Positions 1 through 7,526 of a DNA stretch of 12,865 bases are shown here, piece by piece. Made by a program: the position numbers and the translations under genes. Position 1 is the first letter of the stretch. Each line of letters opens with the position of its first letter. Location: positions 1 to 12,865 of the forward strand of contig JBHIBG010000079.1 of the NCBI GenBank assembly GCA_046758965.1. The letters run 5' to 3'. The notes beneath the pieces were generated by a model. It had not been told where the DNA came from. It was given only the letters and a program-made list of their open reading frames with translations, and searched no databases. This stretch comes from Candidatus Methylomirabilia bacterium (GTDB taxonomy: Bacteria; Methylomirabilota; Methylomirabilia; Rokubacteriales; CSP1-6).

Positions 1-1
1 C

Positions 2-462
2 AACGGAAACCGCGGCTTAGGACGCTATTTGCCTTTCGTACAAATATTCCCTAAATTCAAAACTGGAGCCTGGATGTGTCGAAACATACCCGAATAATCC
101 GGACCTGCGTTCGCCTACGATCTGTTGGGCAGCATCGCCTCTAAAGTGTCTGAGGACGTGATGCTTCTTAAGGACCACTTCGAACGACGAACGAGCTATC
201 CGGGAAGATTGAAGCAGAGACGAAGACGTTGACGGATAAGCTCGAAGCGGCTCGCCAAAGCGTTCTAGAAAAAGTCGAGACGCTCTTCGAGAGGAAATTT
301 CTGCGAATCGTTGGTATGATCATTGGGGTGATTCCCGTGACGTAAGCAGGTGCGGCGTACCTCGAAGGAACCAAGCTCGGTGGAAACACAGCGGCCTTCT
401 TGGCTGCTCTCGTTGGGACCGTGATTCTCGCGGCGACTTACCTCCTTAGCCGTCGGGCGTGA
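2..462 (+). pseudogene. 3' part of a disrupted gene: coiled-coil-like segment followed by two C-terminal hydrophobic helices; function unknown
   Basis: Frame 2 reads ...CRNIPE*(TAA 95-97)SGPAFAYDLLGSIASKVSEDVMLLKDHFERR. Frame 1 (open from 172) continues NELSGKIEAETKTLTDKLEAARQSVLEKVETLFERKFLRIVGMIIGVIPVT*(TAA 343-345)AGAAYLEGTKLGGNTAAFLAALVGTVILAATYLLSRRA, ending at TGA 460-462. The joined product looks protein-like but has two in-frame stops and one frameshift. Confidence 0.6.
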
Positions 463-586
463 ATCGAAATAAGATCAGCGATGGTTCATAAGCAGTCGTT
501 CGCGGCTCTGTTTGGGTCCACCGAAGCCGTGCGAAGCGTAATTTCGCGGCCCGTTTCACGTCATCTAAAGTGGCTTGTCGAAAAGC

Positions 587-616
587 TTAAGTGGGAATAT
601 TGCACTGCGGTATGAT
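587..616 (+). promoter_or_regulatory. Possible sigma70 promoter of the mod-hicB-hicA-res operon
   Basis: TATGAT at 611-616 is a good -10. TTAAGT at 587-592 is a weak -35 with an 18-nt spacer. The -10 lies about 30 nt upstream of the mod ATG at 646. Confidence 0.35.
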
Positions 617-645
617 GACATCGGACCACAGGCGGGGGTAAAGAG

Positions 646-2288
646 ATGCCAGTGTTGCAGTTTAAGGGGAAGACTGCTATCGAGTGCTATCATCATACCA
701 TTCCGCACCACACGCTGGAGTTTGACAGCAAGCTGTCAGTCCTGGCCAAGGGAGTAACCTGATCATCGAAGGCGACAACCTCTTGGCCCTGAAGGCCCTA
801 CTTCCTACGCACGCCGGCCGGATCAAGTGCATCTATATCGATCCGCCTTACAACACTGGAAACGAAGGATGGGTCTACAACGATAACCTTACCCAACCAC
901 AGTTCAAGGAGTGGATCGGCCAAACCGTCGGCAAAGAAGGCGAGGACGCGACGCGTCACGACAAGTGGTGCTGCATGATGTACCCTCGTCTCCAACTGCT
1001 GAAGGAACTCCTCAGCGACGACGGGGCCATCTTTATCAGTATCGATGACAACGAGGTCGCTTCCTTGCGGATGCTCATGGACGAGATTTTCGGGAGTCAG
1101 CACCGTCTCGGGACGCTCATTTGGAAGGCCCGTAACTTCCCAGACAGTCGTCCGAAGACGGGTGTCTCCGTTGACCACGAGTACGTTCTCGTCTACAGGA
1201 AGTCTGGTCAGGGGCGACTAATGGGGAAGAGAAGGAGCGAGGCGAAGTATTCCAATCCAGACAACGACCCACGGGGCGATTGGACAAGCTGCAGCCTCCT
1301 GGGGAAAGCGACTAAAGCACAGCGTCCGAATTTGCACTATGACATCGTGAACCCGCGGACTGGTGAGGTATATCCGTGCCCTCCGGAAACTGGGTGGATT
1401 TGCAGCTTTGAAACTATGGTGCAGAAGATCTCGGAGCGCCGGATTCTGTGGCCAAAGAAAGCGGGGGGACGTCCCCGAGAGAAGGTGTTTCTCAAAGAAT
1501 TGCAGTCCGGTGTTCTCGGGTTTCCGAGCATTATTGATGGTGTGTTTACCAGCGATGGAACGGAGGAACTGAGGCGGATATTCGGGAGTCAAACGTTGGC
1601 TTTCCCCAAACCCTCTGTCTTGATTCGGGATCTGATCGATCAGGTTGTCGAGCGTGAGGACGTCATCCTGGATTCCTTTGCAGGTAGCGGGACCACCGCA
1701 CACGCAGTGTTAGAGTTGAACAAAGAGGATGGTGAGAACCGTAAGTTCATCCTGGTGCAGATGCCCCATGACACCAAGGAGAATGAGAAGGAGAACCTGA
1801 ATATCTGCCAGAAGATCACGACCGAGCGTGTGCGGCGGATCATTCAGGGGTACACTCACACAACGCAGAAGGGCAAGAAAGAGAAGGTTGGCGGCTTGGG
1901 CGGGTCGTTCACCTATGCTCGAGTCGGCCCGCCTTTGTTTGGCGAGTACCGCGATCTGGGCGAGAAGCTGCCGGCCTTCGAGGAACTGGCGAAGTACATC
2001 TTCTATACGGAAACGAGCAGAGAGTTCGATCGGAAAGCGATGAACGAGAAGACCGGCAAGATCGGAGAGCATAACGGGACCAGTTACTACCTACTCTACA
2101 CGCCTGATGGGAGGGAAGGCCGGACGTTGGATATGAGGTGGCTCAAATCGCTCGACAAGATGGAGAAGAACCGGAACCTGGTGATCTATTGTGAAAAGAT
2201 ATGGGTCCACCGTGATGATCTGGCCAAGTATGAGGTGGAGACGAAGCGGACGGTTCGGCCGATGCCGGTGCCGTTCAGTTTGAAGTAG
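646..2288 (+). pseudogene. mod: Type III restriction-modification methyltransferase (Mod, beta-class amino-MTase), frameshifted near the 5' end; possibly still made as a truncated 501-aa protein from TTG 783
   Basis: ATG 646 gives a Mod-like N-terminus, MPVLQFKGKTAIECYHHTIPHHTLEFDSKLSVLAKG, which stops at TGA 760-762. The conserved NLIIEGDNLLALKAL continues in frame 3 from about 756. The catalytic IYIDPPYNTG precedes the SAM-binding LDSFAGSGTTAHAV, with a TRD between them. A res gene follows. Confidence 0.88.
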
Positions 2289-2303
2289 GGGGGAGACACG
2301 CGT

Positions 2304-2528
2304 ATGCCCAAGAGCAGCTATACCGCGATTCTGGAAAGAGAAGGCGACCTCTACGTCGCTCTGTGCCCCGAGCTCGACGTGGCCAGCCAGGGAGCAACGG
2401 TGGAAGAGGCGACTGCCAATTTGAAGGAAGCGGTGGAGCTATTTCTGGAGTGCGCGGATCCCGATGAAATCAAACAACGGTTGCACAGCGAGGTATTTGT
2501 GACGAGATTCGAAGCGGCGCATGGGTAG
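2304..2528 (+). CDS. hicB: HicB-family antitoxin, short form with no evident C-terminal DNA-binding domain (74 aa)
   Basis: Has the YTAILEREGDLYVALCPELDVASQGATVEEATANLKEAVELFLE pattern typical of the HicB core. The SD GGGGGAG lies upstream, and the gene overlaps hicA by 8 nt. Confidence 0.9.
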   Translation: MPKSSYTAILEREGDLYVALCPELDVASQGATVEEATANLKEAVELFLECADPDEIKQRLHSEVFVTRFEAAHG

Positions 2529-2742
2529 GCTGCGGGTCCTTTCGGGACCAGAGGTCTGCCGGATTCTTGAACAGCACGGGTTCGCGGAAGTGCGGAGGGG
2601 AGGGAGTCATGTCGTAATGCAGCGTCGGACCGAAACTGGAACCGTGACCGTGCCGGTGCCTGATCATCCAGAACTGAAGAGAGGGACGCTCTTGTCGATC
2701 ATTCGGCAGAGCGGCGTTTCTCGCGCTGAATTCGAATCGTGA
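2521..2742 (+). CDS. hicA: HicA-family toxin (dsRBD-fold RNase, 73 aa)
   Basis: Basic protein with LEQHGF...RRGGSHVVM (catalytic GSH motif), VTVPVPDHPELKRGTLLSIIRQSG; paired with hicB. Confidence 0.92.
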   Translation: MGRLRVLSGPEVCRILEQHGFAEVRRGGSHVVMQRRTETGTVTVPVPDHPELKRGTLLSIIRQSGVSRAEFES

Positions 2743-2758
2743 GGCCCCGGACCTCATG
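2738..2758 (+). promoter_or_regulatory. Predicted hairpin covering the hicA stop, the res SD and the res start codon
   Basis: CGTGAGG (2738-2744) pairs with CCTCATG (2752-2758): 7 bp with one G-U and a 7-nt loop. Confidence 0.45.
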
Positions 2759-5314
2759 CAACTGAAGCGCTATCAGGAGCGGGTAATCCGGGAAGTGAAA
2801 ATCTTCCTGGAGGCTCTTACCTCACAACAGGCGGCAGGGAACAAGTATGCTGCCCTGGAAGCTTGGGACGAGGCCAAGAAACAGTTTTCTCTTCCGGGGC
2901 AATATCACCAACGCCGAAACGGCCTTGACAGGGACCTGCCCACCTTTTGCATCAAGGTGCCCACCGGTGGGGGAAAGACTCTGCTGGCCACACAGATTCT
3001 CGGCCTGGTTCATCGGACGATCCTCAAGCATCGCAATGGAACAGGGCTACTGCTTTGGGTTGTCCCCAGTGACCAGATCTACAAGGACACGCTCAAGGCA
3101 CTGCGAGACCGCAGGCACTTCTACCGAGAGTCTCTCGAATTCGCCGTGTCTCGACGCATCGAGGTCTGGGAGAAGCACGAGATTGCACGGTTAACGCCCG
3201 GTCAACTGCGCAGCAACCTGAATATTTTGCTGCTCAAGCTCGCAAGCACCAACCGCGAGACGCGGGAACAGCTCAAGTTCTTCCGCGACAGCGGCGGCAA
3301 TATCGTCCAGCACTTCCCTCCGGAGAGTGAGCCGGAGCAACATCAAGCGTTTAAGGCTCGGATTCCGAACCTGGATATGCTAGCAGAGAACGAAGCGCGG
3401 GGCCAATACCTGGTCAAAACCTCGCTCGGCAACCTGGTCCGGCTCTGCGAGCCCGCGGTCATCCTTGATGAGGGGCACAAGGCCACCAGCGGCCTGGCCC
3501 GGCAGACCATTGAGGGGTTCAATGCCTCCGTCGTGGTGGAGCTATCCGCCACGCCTCCGAAGGAGGCTAACGTCTTGGTACGGGTCTCGGGCAGAGAACT
3601 TCTCGAAGAGCAGATGATCAAACTGCCGATGAATATCGCCAACTCCAACCAGAAGTCTTGGAAAGATTGCCTAACGCAGTCGCGGGATAAGCGTGAGGAA
3701 CTGGCAAAACTGGCGGCGCAGCATTTCAAGGTGACCGGAAAGGCCATTCGCCCGATCGTGTTGGTGCAGGTTGAGCGGACGGGCAAGGACCAGCGGGGCG
3801 CCGGGTTCGTTCACAGCGAGGATGTCAAAAGCCACTTGATGCAGCGGCTAGGTGTCCATGAGTCGGCTATTAAAATCAAAACCTCCGACAAGGACGACAT
3901 TGAGGGGATCGACCTCATGGCCGATGGCTGCCCTGTGGGGTGGATCATCACGAAGGCTGCTTTGCAGGAAGGGTGGGACTGCCCGTTTGCCTACATCCTG
4001 GTTTCTCTGAACAATACAGGGAGCCAGCAGAGCATGACCCAGCTTGTGGGCCGGGTGCTGCGCCAACCTGATGCCGAGAGGACACCGTTTGATGAGCTGA
4101 ACCAGAGCTATGTGTTCTGTTTGCGGCGGAGGGCAGCGGACATCTCACGCGAGGTGAAGAAGGCCCTTGAACACGAAGGTTACGAGGGCGAGGCGGCCAG
4201 CGTGGTGGACCGCAGTGAGGCGGGCGGCAAGCCGGGTGAGAGGCGTGAGGCGTCCATCCGAAAGGAATTTCTCCGGCATTACTGGAAGCCGTTCGAGGGC
4301 AGAATCTACCTCCCCCGGTTTTGCGTCAAGCGCGGCCGTCAGTACGAGGCCCTGGACTATTTCTACCACCTGGTCAGCCAAGTGGACCTCACGCGGTTCG
4401 ACTACACCCCCGTGGACTGGGATATGTCTTCCGCCCTGGCAACGGCGACAGATTCCTTCTACAGACTAACGCTCGAGCAAGAGGCGCTTGAGCGTATAGA
4501 GGAACGCGAAACGGCTGTCCTGGAGACGGACGACCAGGTGAAGGCGTGGCTAGTGGCGAGTTTGCCCTGTGATCACTTCAGCCACAAACAGCTTCGTGAT
4601 CTGGTGGGCCGGGTCACGGAACGTATATACCAGGCCAACCCGGATCTTCCCGGCCGACTGGGATTGGTCAAGTTCCTGGTGCGGGACAAGATCGTCGGCC
4701 TCGTGGAACGCGAAACGGATCGCCAGACTCAGGAGGCGTTCGAACGCCTTTTTAGGAACGGACAGCTCTGCTTCTATCTTGAGTGCATGGAAGGGCGCTT
4801 CGAAATCCCGCGGTCAGTGCCAGTCCGCACTACTCGAAGATTGGTGCATGACAACAACGAGCCGGTCCAGCGCTCGCTTTTTGATTATGTGCCAGATGAT
4901 CTGAACGAGTACGAGAAGTCTGTTGCGCTCTACCTCGACAAGCGCCCGGAGGTACTATGGTGGTATCGGAATCTTGTCGGCCCACAACACTTCTCGATTC
5001 AGGGCTACAAGCGAAATAAGGTCTATCCGGATTTCGTTGTTCAACAAGGCCGGAATAAGAAGCCGGTTGCCTATGTGGTAGTTGTAGAGAGTAAGGGTAA
5101 GCACCTCAAGGGGAATGAGGATACGACCTATAAACGATCCGTTGCGGAGTACTTTGGTAAGATCGGGCGCAAGGTCTCCTGGCAAAAGCTAGGAGAGGAT
5201 TTCCAAGACCAGACATTCCGCTTTCAGGTCCTGGACGAAGGTGAGTATGAGGATCGAGATTGGCGGGATGACCTCAAGAAATTCCTCGAGGAAGCCGCAG
5301 TCTACCAAAGATGA
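2756..5314 (+). CDS. res: Type III restriction enzyme Res subunit (SF2 helicase-like ATPase plus PD-(D/E)xK nuclease, 852 aa)
   Basis: Motifs VPTGGGKT (Walker A), ILDEGH (II), ELSATP (III), LQEGWD (V), QLVGRVLRQ (VI). The C-terminal nuclease reads YPDFVV...VESKG. It lies downstream of mod. Confidence 0.92.
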   Translation: MQLKRYQERVIREVKIFLEALTSQQAAGNKYAALEAWDEAKKQFSLPGQYHQRRNGLDRDLPTFCIKVPTGGGKTLLATQILGLVHRTILKHRNGTGLLLWVVPSDQIYKDTLKALRDRRHFYRESLEFAVSRRIEVWEKHEIARLTPGQLRSNLNILLLKLASTNRETREQLKFFRDSGGNIVQHFPPESEPEQHQAFKARIPNLDMLAENEARGQYLVKTSLGNLVRLCEPAVILDEGHKATSGLARQTIEGFNASVVVELSATPPKEANVLVRVSGRELLEEQMIKLPMNIANSNQKSWKDCLTQSRDKREELAKLAAQHFKVTGKAIRPIVLVQVERTGKDQRGAGFVHSEDVKSHLMQRLGVHESAIKIKTSDKDDIEGIDLMADGCPVGWIITKAALQEGWDCPFAYILVSLNNTGSQQSMTQLVGRVLRQPDAERTPFDELNQSYVFCLRRRAADISREVKKALEHEGYEGEAASVVDRSEAGGKPGERREASIRKEFLRHYWKPFEGRIYLPRFCVKRGRQYEALDYFYHLVSQVDLTRFDYTPVDWDMSSALATATDSFYRLTLEQEALERIEERETAVLETDDQVKAWLVASLPCDHFSHKQLRDLVGRVTERIYQANPDLPGRLGLVKFLVRDKIVGLVERETDRQTQEAFERLFRNGQLCFYLECMEGRFEIPRSVPVRTTRRLVHDNNEPVQRSLFDYVPDDLNEYEKSVALYLDKRPEVLWWYRNLVGPQHFSIQGYKRNKVYPDFVVQQGRNKKPVAYVVVVESKGKHLKGNEDTTYKRSVAEYFGKIGRKVSWQKLGEDFQDQTFRFQVLDEGEYEDRDWRDDLKKFLEEAAVYQR

Positions 5315-5381
5315 TACTCCTCCCCCGCTTTTCGAGGATGAAGAAAACGAAACTTTGAGTGGCCGTCTTCTGGAGGGGACC

Positions 5382-7037
5382 ATGGTAAAGATTTCGGCTG
5401 ACTACCTGCCGCCGAAGGAGCTGTGGCCTAAGCGGATCTACACGCTGCCCGAGCACCGGACCTACCCGCAGAAGCTCAATTCCACCGAGGAGCTGGTGGA
5501 CCGACACGTGGAAGCCGGGCGTGGCGAGCGGGTCGCCATGCTCTTTGAAGATCAGCGGATCACCTACACGCAGCTCCGGGCCTCTATCAACAAGGCGGGC
5601 TCGGCTCTGAAGAGCCTCGGCGTCGGCGAGGAGGACCGTGTCCTTCTCCGCTCTCCCTCCATCCCCCCGGCCCTCGTGGCCAACTTCGCTGTACTCAAGA
5701 TCGGCGGCATCGTGATCCCGACCTCCCCCCTCTTCTCGCGAGCCGAGCTGGTCCACGTCGCCACGAACACGGAGGCCGTGGCTCTCATCGTGGCCGCGCC
5801 GCTGCTCGAGGAGGTGGAGAAGGCACGCGGCGAGCTGAGCACGGTGAGGCAGATCATCGTGATCGGCGGCGATGCAGCGCAGCTCAAGGCGAAGGGGTAC
5901 ATTCCCTACGGCGAGCTGATGGCGAAGGGGACAGAGACTCTCGAGCCGGTCCGGCGAGACCGGATGGCGATCTCGGTGCTCCTGTTCACCTCCGGCACGA
6001 CCGGGCTCCCGAAGGGAACGGTCCACTTCATGGAAGAGGCCCTCATTGTTCCGGATGGCTTCGGCAAGCACGGCTGGCGCGTGACCCCGGACGATGTGAT
6101 CGGCGGGCCCGCGCCGCTGTCGCTGGCCGCCGGTTACTCCACTCAGGCCGTGATCCCGTTCCGCTTCGGGGCCGCCGTCTCGCTCCTGCCGCGCTTCACG
6201 CCCGAGGGGATGTTCGAGGCCATCCACAAGCACCGGATCACCATTCTCTCCGTGCTCCCGACCGCGTACCGGAAGATGCTCCAGATCCCCGAGGTGAAGA
6301 CGCGCTACGACCTCTCTTCCCTCAAGGTCTGCACGGGGGGCGGGGAGTCCCTCACGGCCCAGACGTACCACGACTGGAAGAGCACCTTCGGGCTCGAAAT
6401 TTACGAGGGCCTGGGCACCACAGAGATGATGTTCGTCTTTGTCTCCTCGGCGGTCACCCGCAAGGTGAAGCCCGGGGCGATCGGCCCGGCGGTTCCGGGC
6501 TACGAGCTCATGGTGGTTTCGGAGGACGGCAAGGAGTGCAAGCCCGGCGAGGTGGGACTCCTCGTCGCCCGGGGCCCCACCGGGACCGTGTACTGGCGCG
6601 ATCCCGAGAAACAGAAGTCTGCCGTTCGTGACGGCTGGTGCCGCGCGGGCGACTTCGTGACGATGGACGAGGACCGCTACGTCTGGTTTCTCTCCCGCGA
6701 GGACGATCTGATCAAGTCCTCCGGCTACCGCATCGGCCCGGAGGAGATCGAGGATGCGCTGGTCAAGCACCCGGCGGTGGCCGATGCCGGCGTGATCGGC
6801 GTCTCTGACGCGGTCCGGGGCCAGAACACCCGGGCGTACGTGGTCCTCAAGCCGGGAACGGCCCCGAGCGAGACGCTCAGGCAGGAGCTGATCGAGTTCT
6901 GTCGGGACAAGATCGCCGTCTACAAGCTCCCGCGCGAGGTGGAGTTTGTCGACCAGCTGCCGCGCGCGCCGGGGCCTGCGGGGCCGGGAACAGGCAAGCT
7001 CCTGCGCCGCGTGCTCCGGGAACGGGCGGCGAAGTAG
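5382..7037 (+). CDS. Acyl-CoA synthetase of the benzoate/2-aminobenzoate-CoA ligase type (551 aa)
   Basis: SD GGAGGGG at 5372-5378 before ATG 5382. The N-terminus DYLPPKELWP...LPE...YPQKLN resembles 2-aminobenzoate-CoA ligases. ANL motifs are FTSGTTGLPKG, YEGLGTTE, GDF, REDDLIKSSGYRIGPEEIE and LPR..TGK. The substrate is not established. Confidence 0.85.
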   Translation: MVKISADYLPPKELWPKRIYTLPEHRTYPQKLNSTEELVDRHVEAGRGERVAMLFEDQRITYTQLRASINKAGSALKSLGVGEEDRVLLRSPSIPPALVANFAVLKIGGIVIPTSPLFSRAELVHVATNTEAVALIVAAPLLEEVEKARGELSTVRQIIVIGGDAAQLKAKGYIPYGELMAKGTETLEPVRRDRMAISVLLFTSGTTGLPKGTVHFMEEALIVPDGFGKHGWRVTPDDVIGGPAPLSLAAGYSTQAVIPFRFGAAVSLLPRFTPEGMFEAIHKHRITILSVLPTAYRKMLQIPEVKTRYDLSSLKVCTGGGESLTAQTYHDWKSTFGLEIYEGLGTTEMMFVFVSSAVTRKVKPGAIGPAVPGYELMVVSEDGKECKPGEVGLLVARGPTGTVYWRDPEKQKSAVRDGWCRAGDFVTMDEDRYVWFLSREDDLIKSSGYRIGPEEIEDALVKHPAVADAGVIGVSDAVRGQNTRAYVVLKPGTAPSETLRQELIEFCRDKIAVYKLPREVEFVDQLPRAPGPAGPGTGKLLRRVLRERAAK

Positions 7038-7062
7038 CCCGCTAGCGCTGGTACGCCCGCCC

Positions 7063-7455
7063 CTATTCAGGGGGGGTGTTCCCCCGAGAGAGGGTCCTGA
7101 CGTAGATCAGCAGCTCTCTGATCTCTCCGTCCGAGAAGTGGGAGCTGAAGCTCGGCATCCCGGGCTTCCCGAGCGGCGCGCCCCCGTGCCTGATGATGTC
7201 GAAGAGGTACTGGTCGGGGAGGCCCGCCATCCGGTCTGGGTCAGCCAGGTTCCCGGGTCGTACCAGGAAGAGGGTGGAGCGCCAGGAGCCTTCGCCGCGC
7301 GGGCCGTGGCAGGTGGCGCAGCGGAGGAAGTAGAGTCGCTCGGCGCGCGAGGCGTTTGGGGGCGCGGAGGGCGGAGGGAGGAATGCGGCAACGACGATCA
7401 CGTTGGCTGCGATCACTCCCAGCGCGGCCAGGAGCAGGAGACCCCGTCGTCGCAT
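7063..7455 (-). CDS. Membrane-anchored or exported monoheme class I cytochrome c (130 aa)
   Basis: Basic N-terminus plus hydrophobic segment, a CATCH heme-attachment motif, and a distal GMPSF (probable Met ligand). Confidence 0.88.
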   Translation of the reverse strand: MRRRGLLLLAALGVIAANVIVVAAFLPPPSAPPNASRAERLYFLRCATCHGPRGEGSWRSTLFLVRPGNLADPDRMAGLPDQYLFDIIRHGGAPLGKPGMPSFSSHFSDGEIRELLIYVRTLSRGNTPPE

Positions 7456-7463
7456 CGTCAGTC

Positions 7464-7472
7464 AGCGTAGCA
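7464..7472 (-). promoter_or_regulatory. Extended -10 element; candidate leaderless promoter of the cytochrome c gene
   Basis: The minus strand reads TGcTACGCT, then 8 nt (GACTGACG), then ATG. No Shine-Dalgarno is present. Confidence 0.45.
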
Positions 7473-7526
7473 CAGCCCCGGCGGGGACTGACCGCCAGCC
7501 CGGGAGCCGCCGCGCGCCGCTCGCCC

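Noticed and set aside
95..345. Two in-frame TAA codons as evidence of stop-codon recoding
   Set aside because: The same gene also has a frameshift, and TAA ends the DUF3365 gene normally. Decay or sequencing error is simpler.
168..389. 73-aa minus-strand ORF
   Set aside because: Antisense shadow of the more protein-like plus-strand pseudogene; no motif.
481..615. 44-aa ORF MVHKQSFAALFG...
   Set aside because: No SD, no recognisable motif, and it overlaps the probable mod promoter.
575..757. 60-aa ORF MSKSLSGN...
   Set aside because: Out-of-frame overlap with the true mod N-terminus starting at 646.
745..762. Programmed -1 ribosomal frameshift or repeat-tract phase variation in mod
   Set aside because: No X XXY YYZ slippery heptamer, long homopolymer or tandem repeat at the junction.
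5241..5381. 47-aa N-terminal extension of the CoA ligase in the ORF track
   Set aside because: Overlaps the end of res. The strong SD and family-like N-terminus point to ATG 5382.
5274..6770. 498-aa antisense ORF, and similar long alternative-frame ORFs at 8317-9582, 9944-11095 and 7462-8286
   Set aside because: Expected shadows of high-GC3 coding sequence, with no motifs and fully or largely overlapping well-supported genes.
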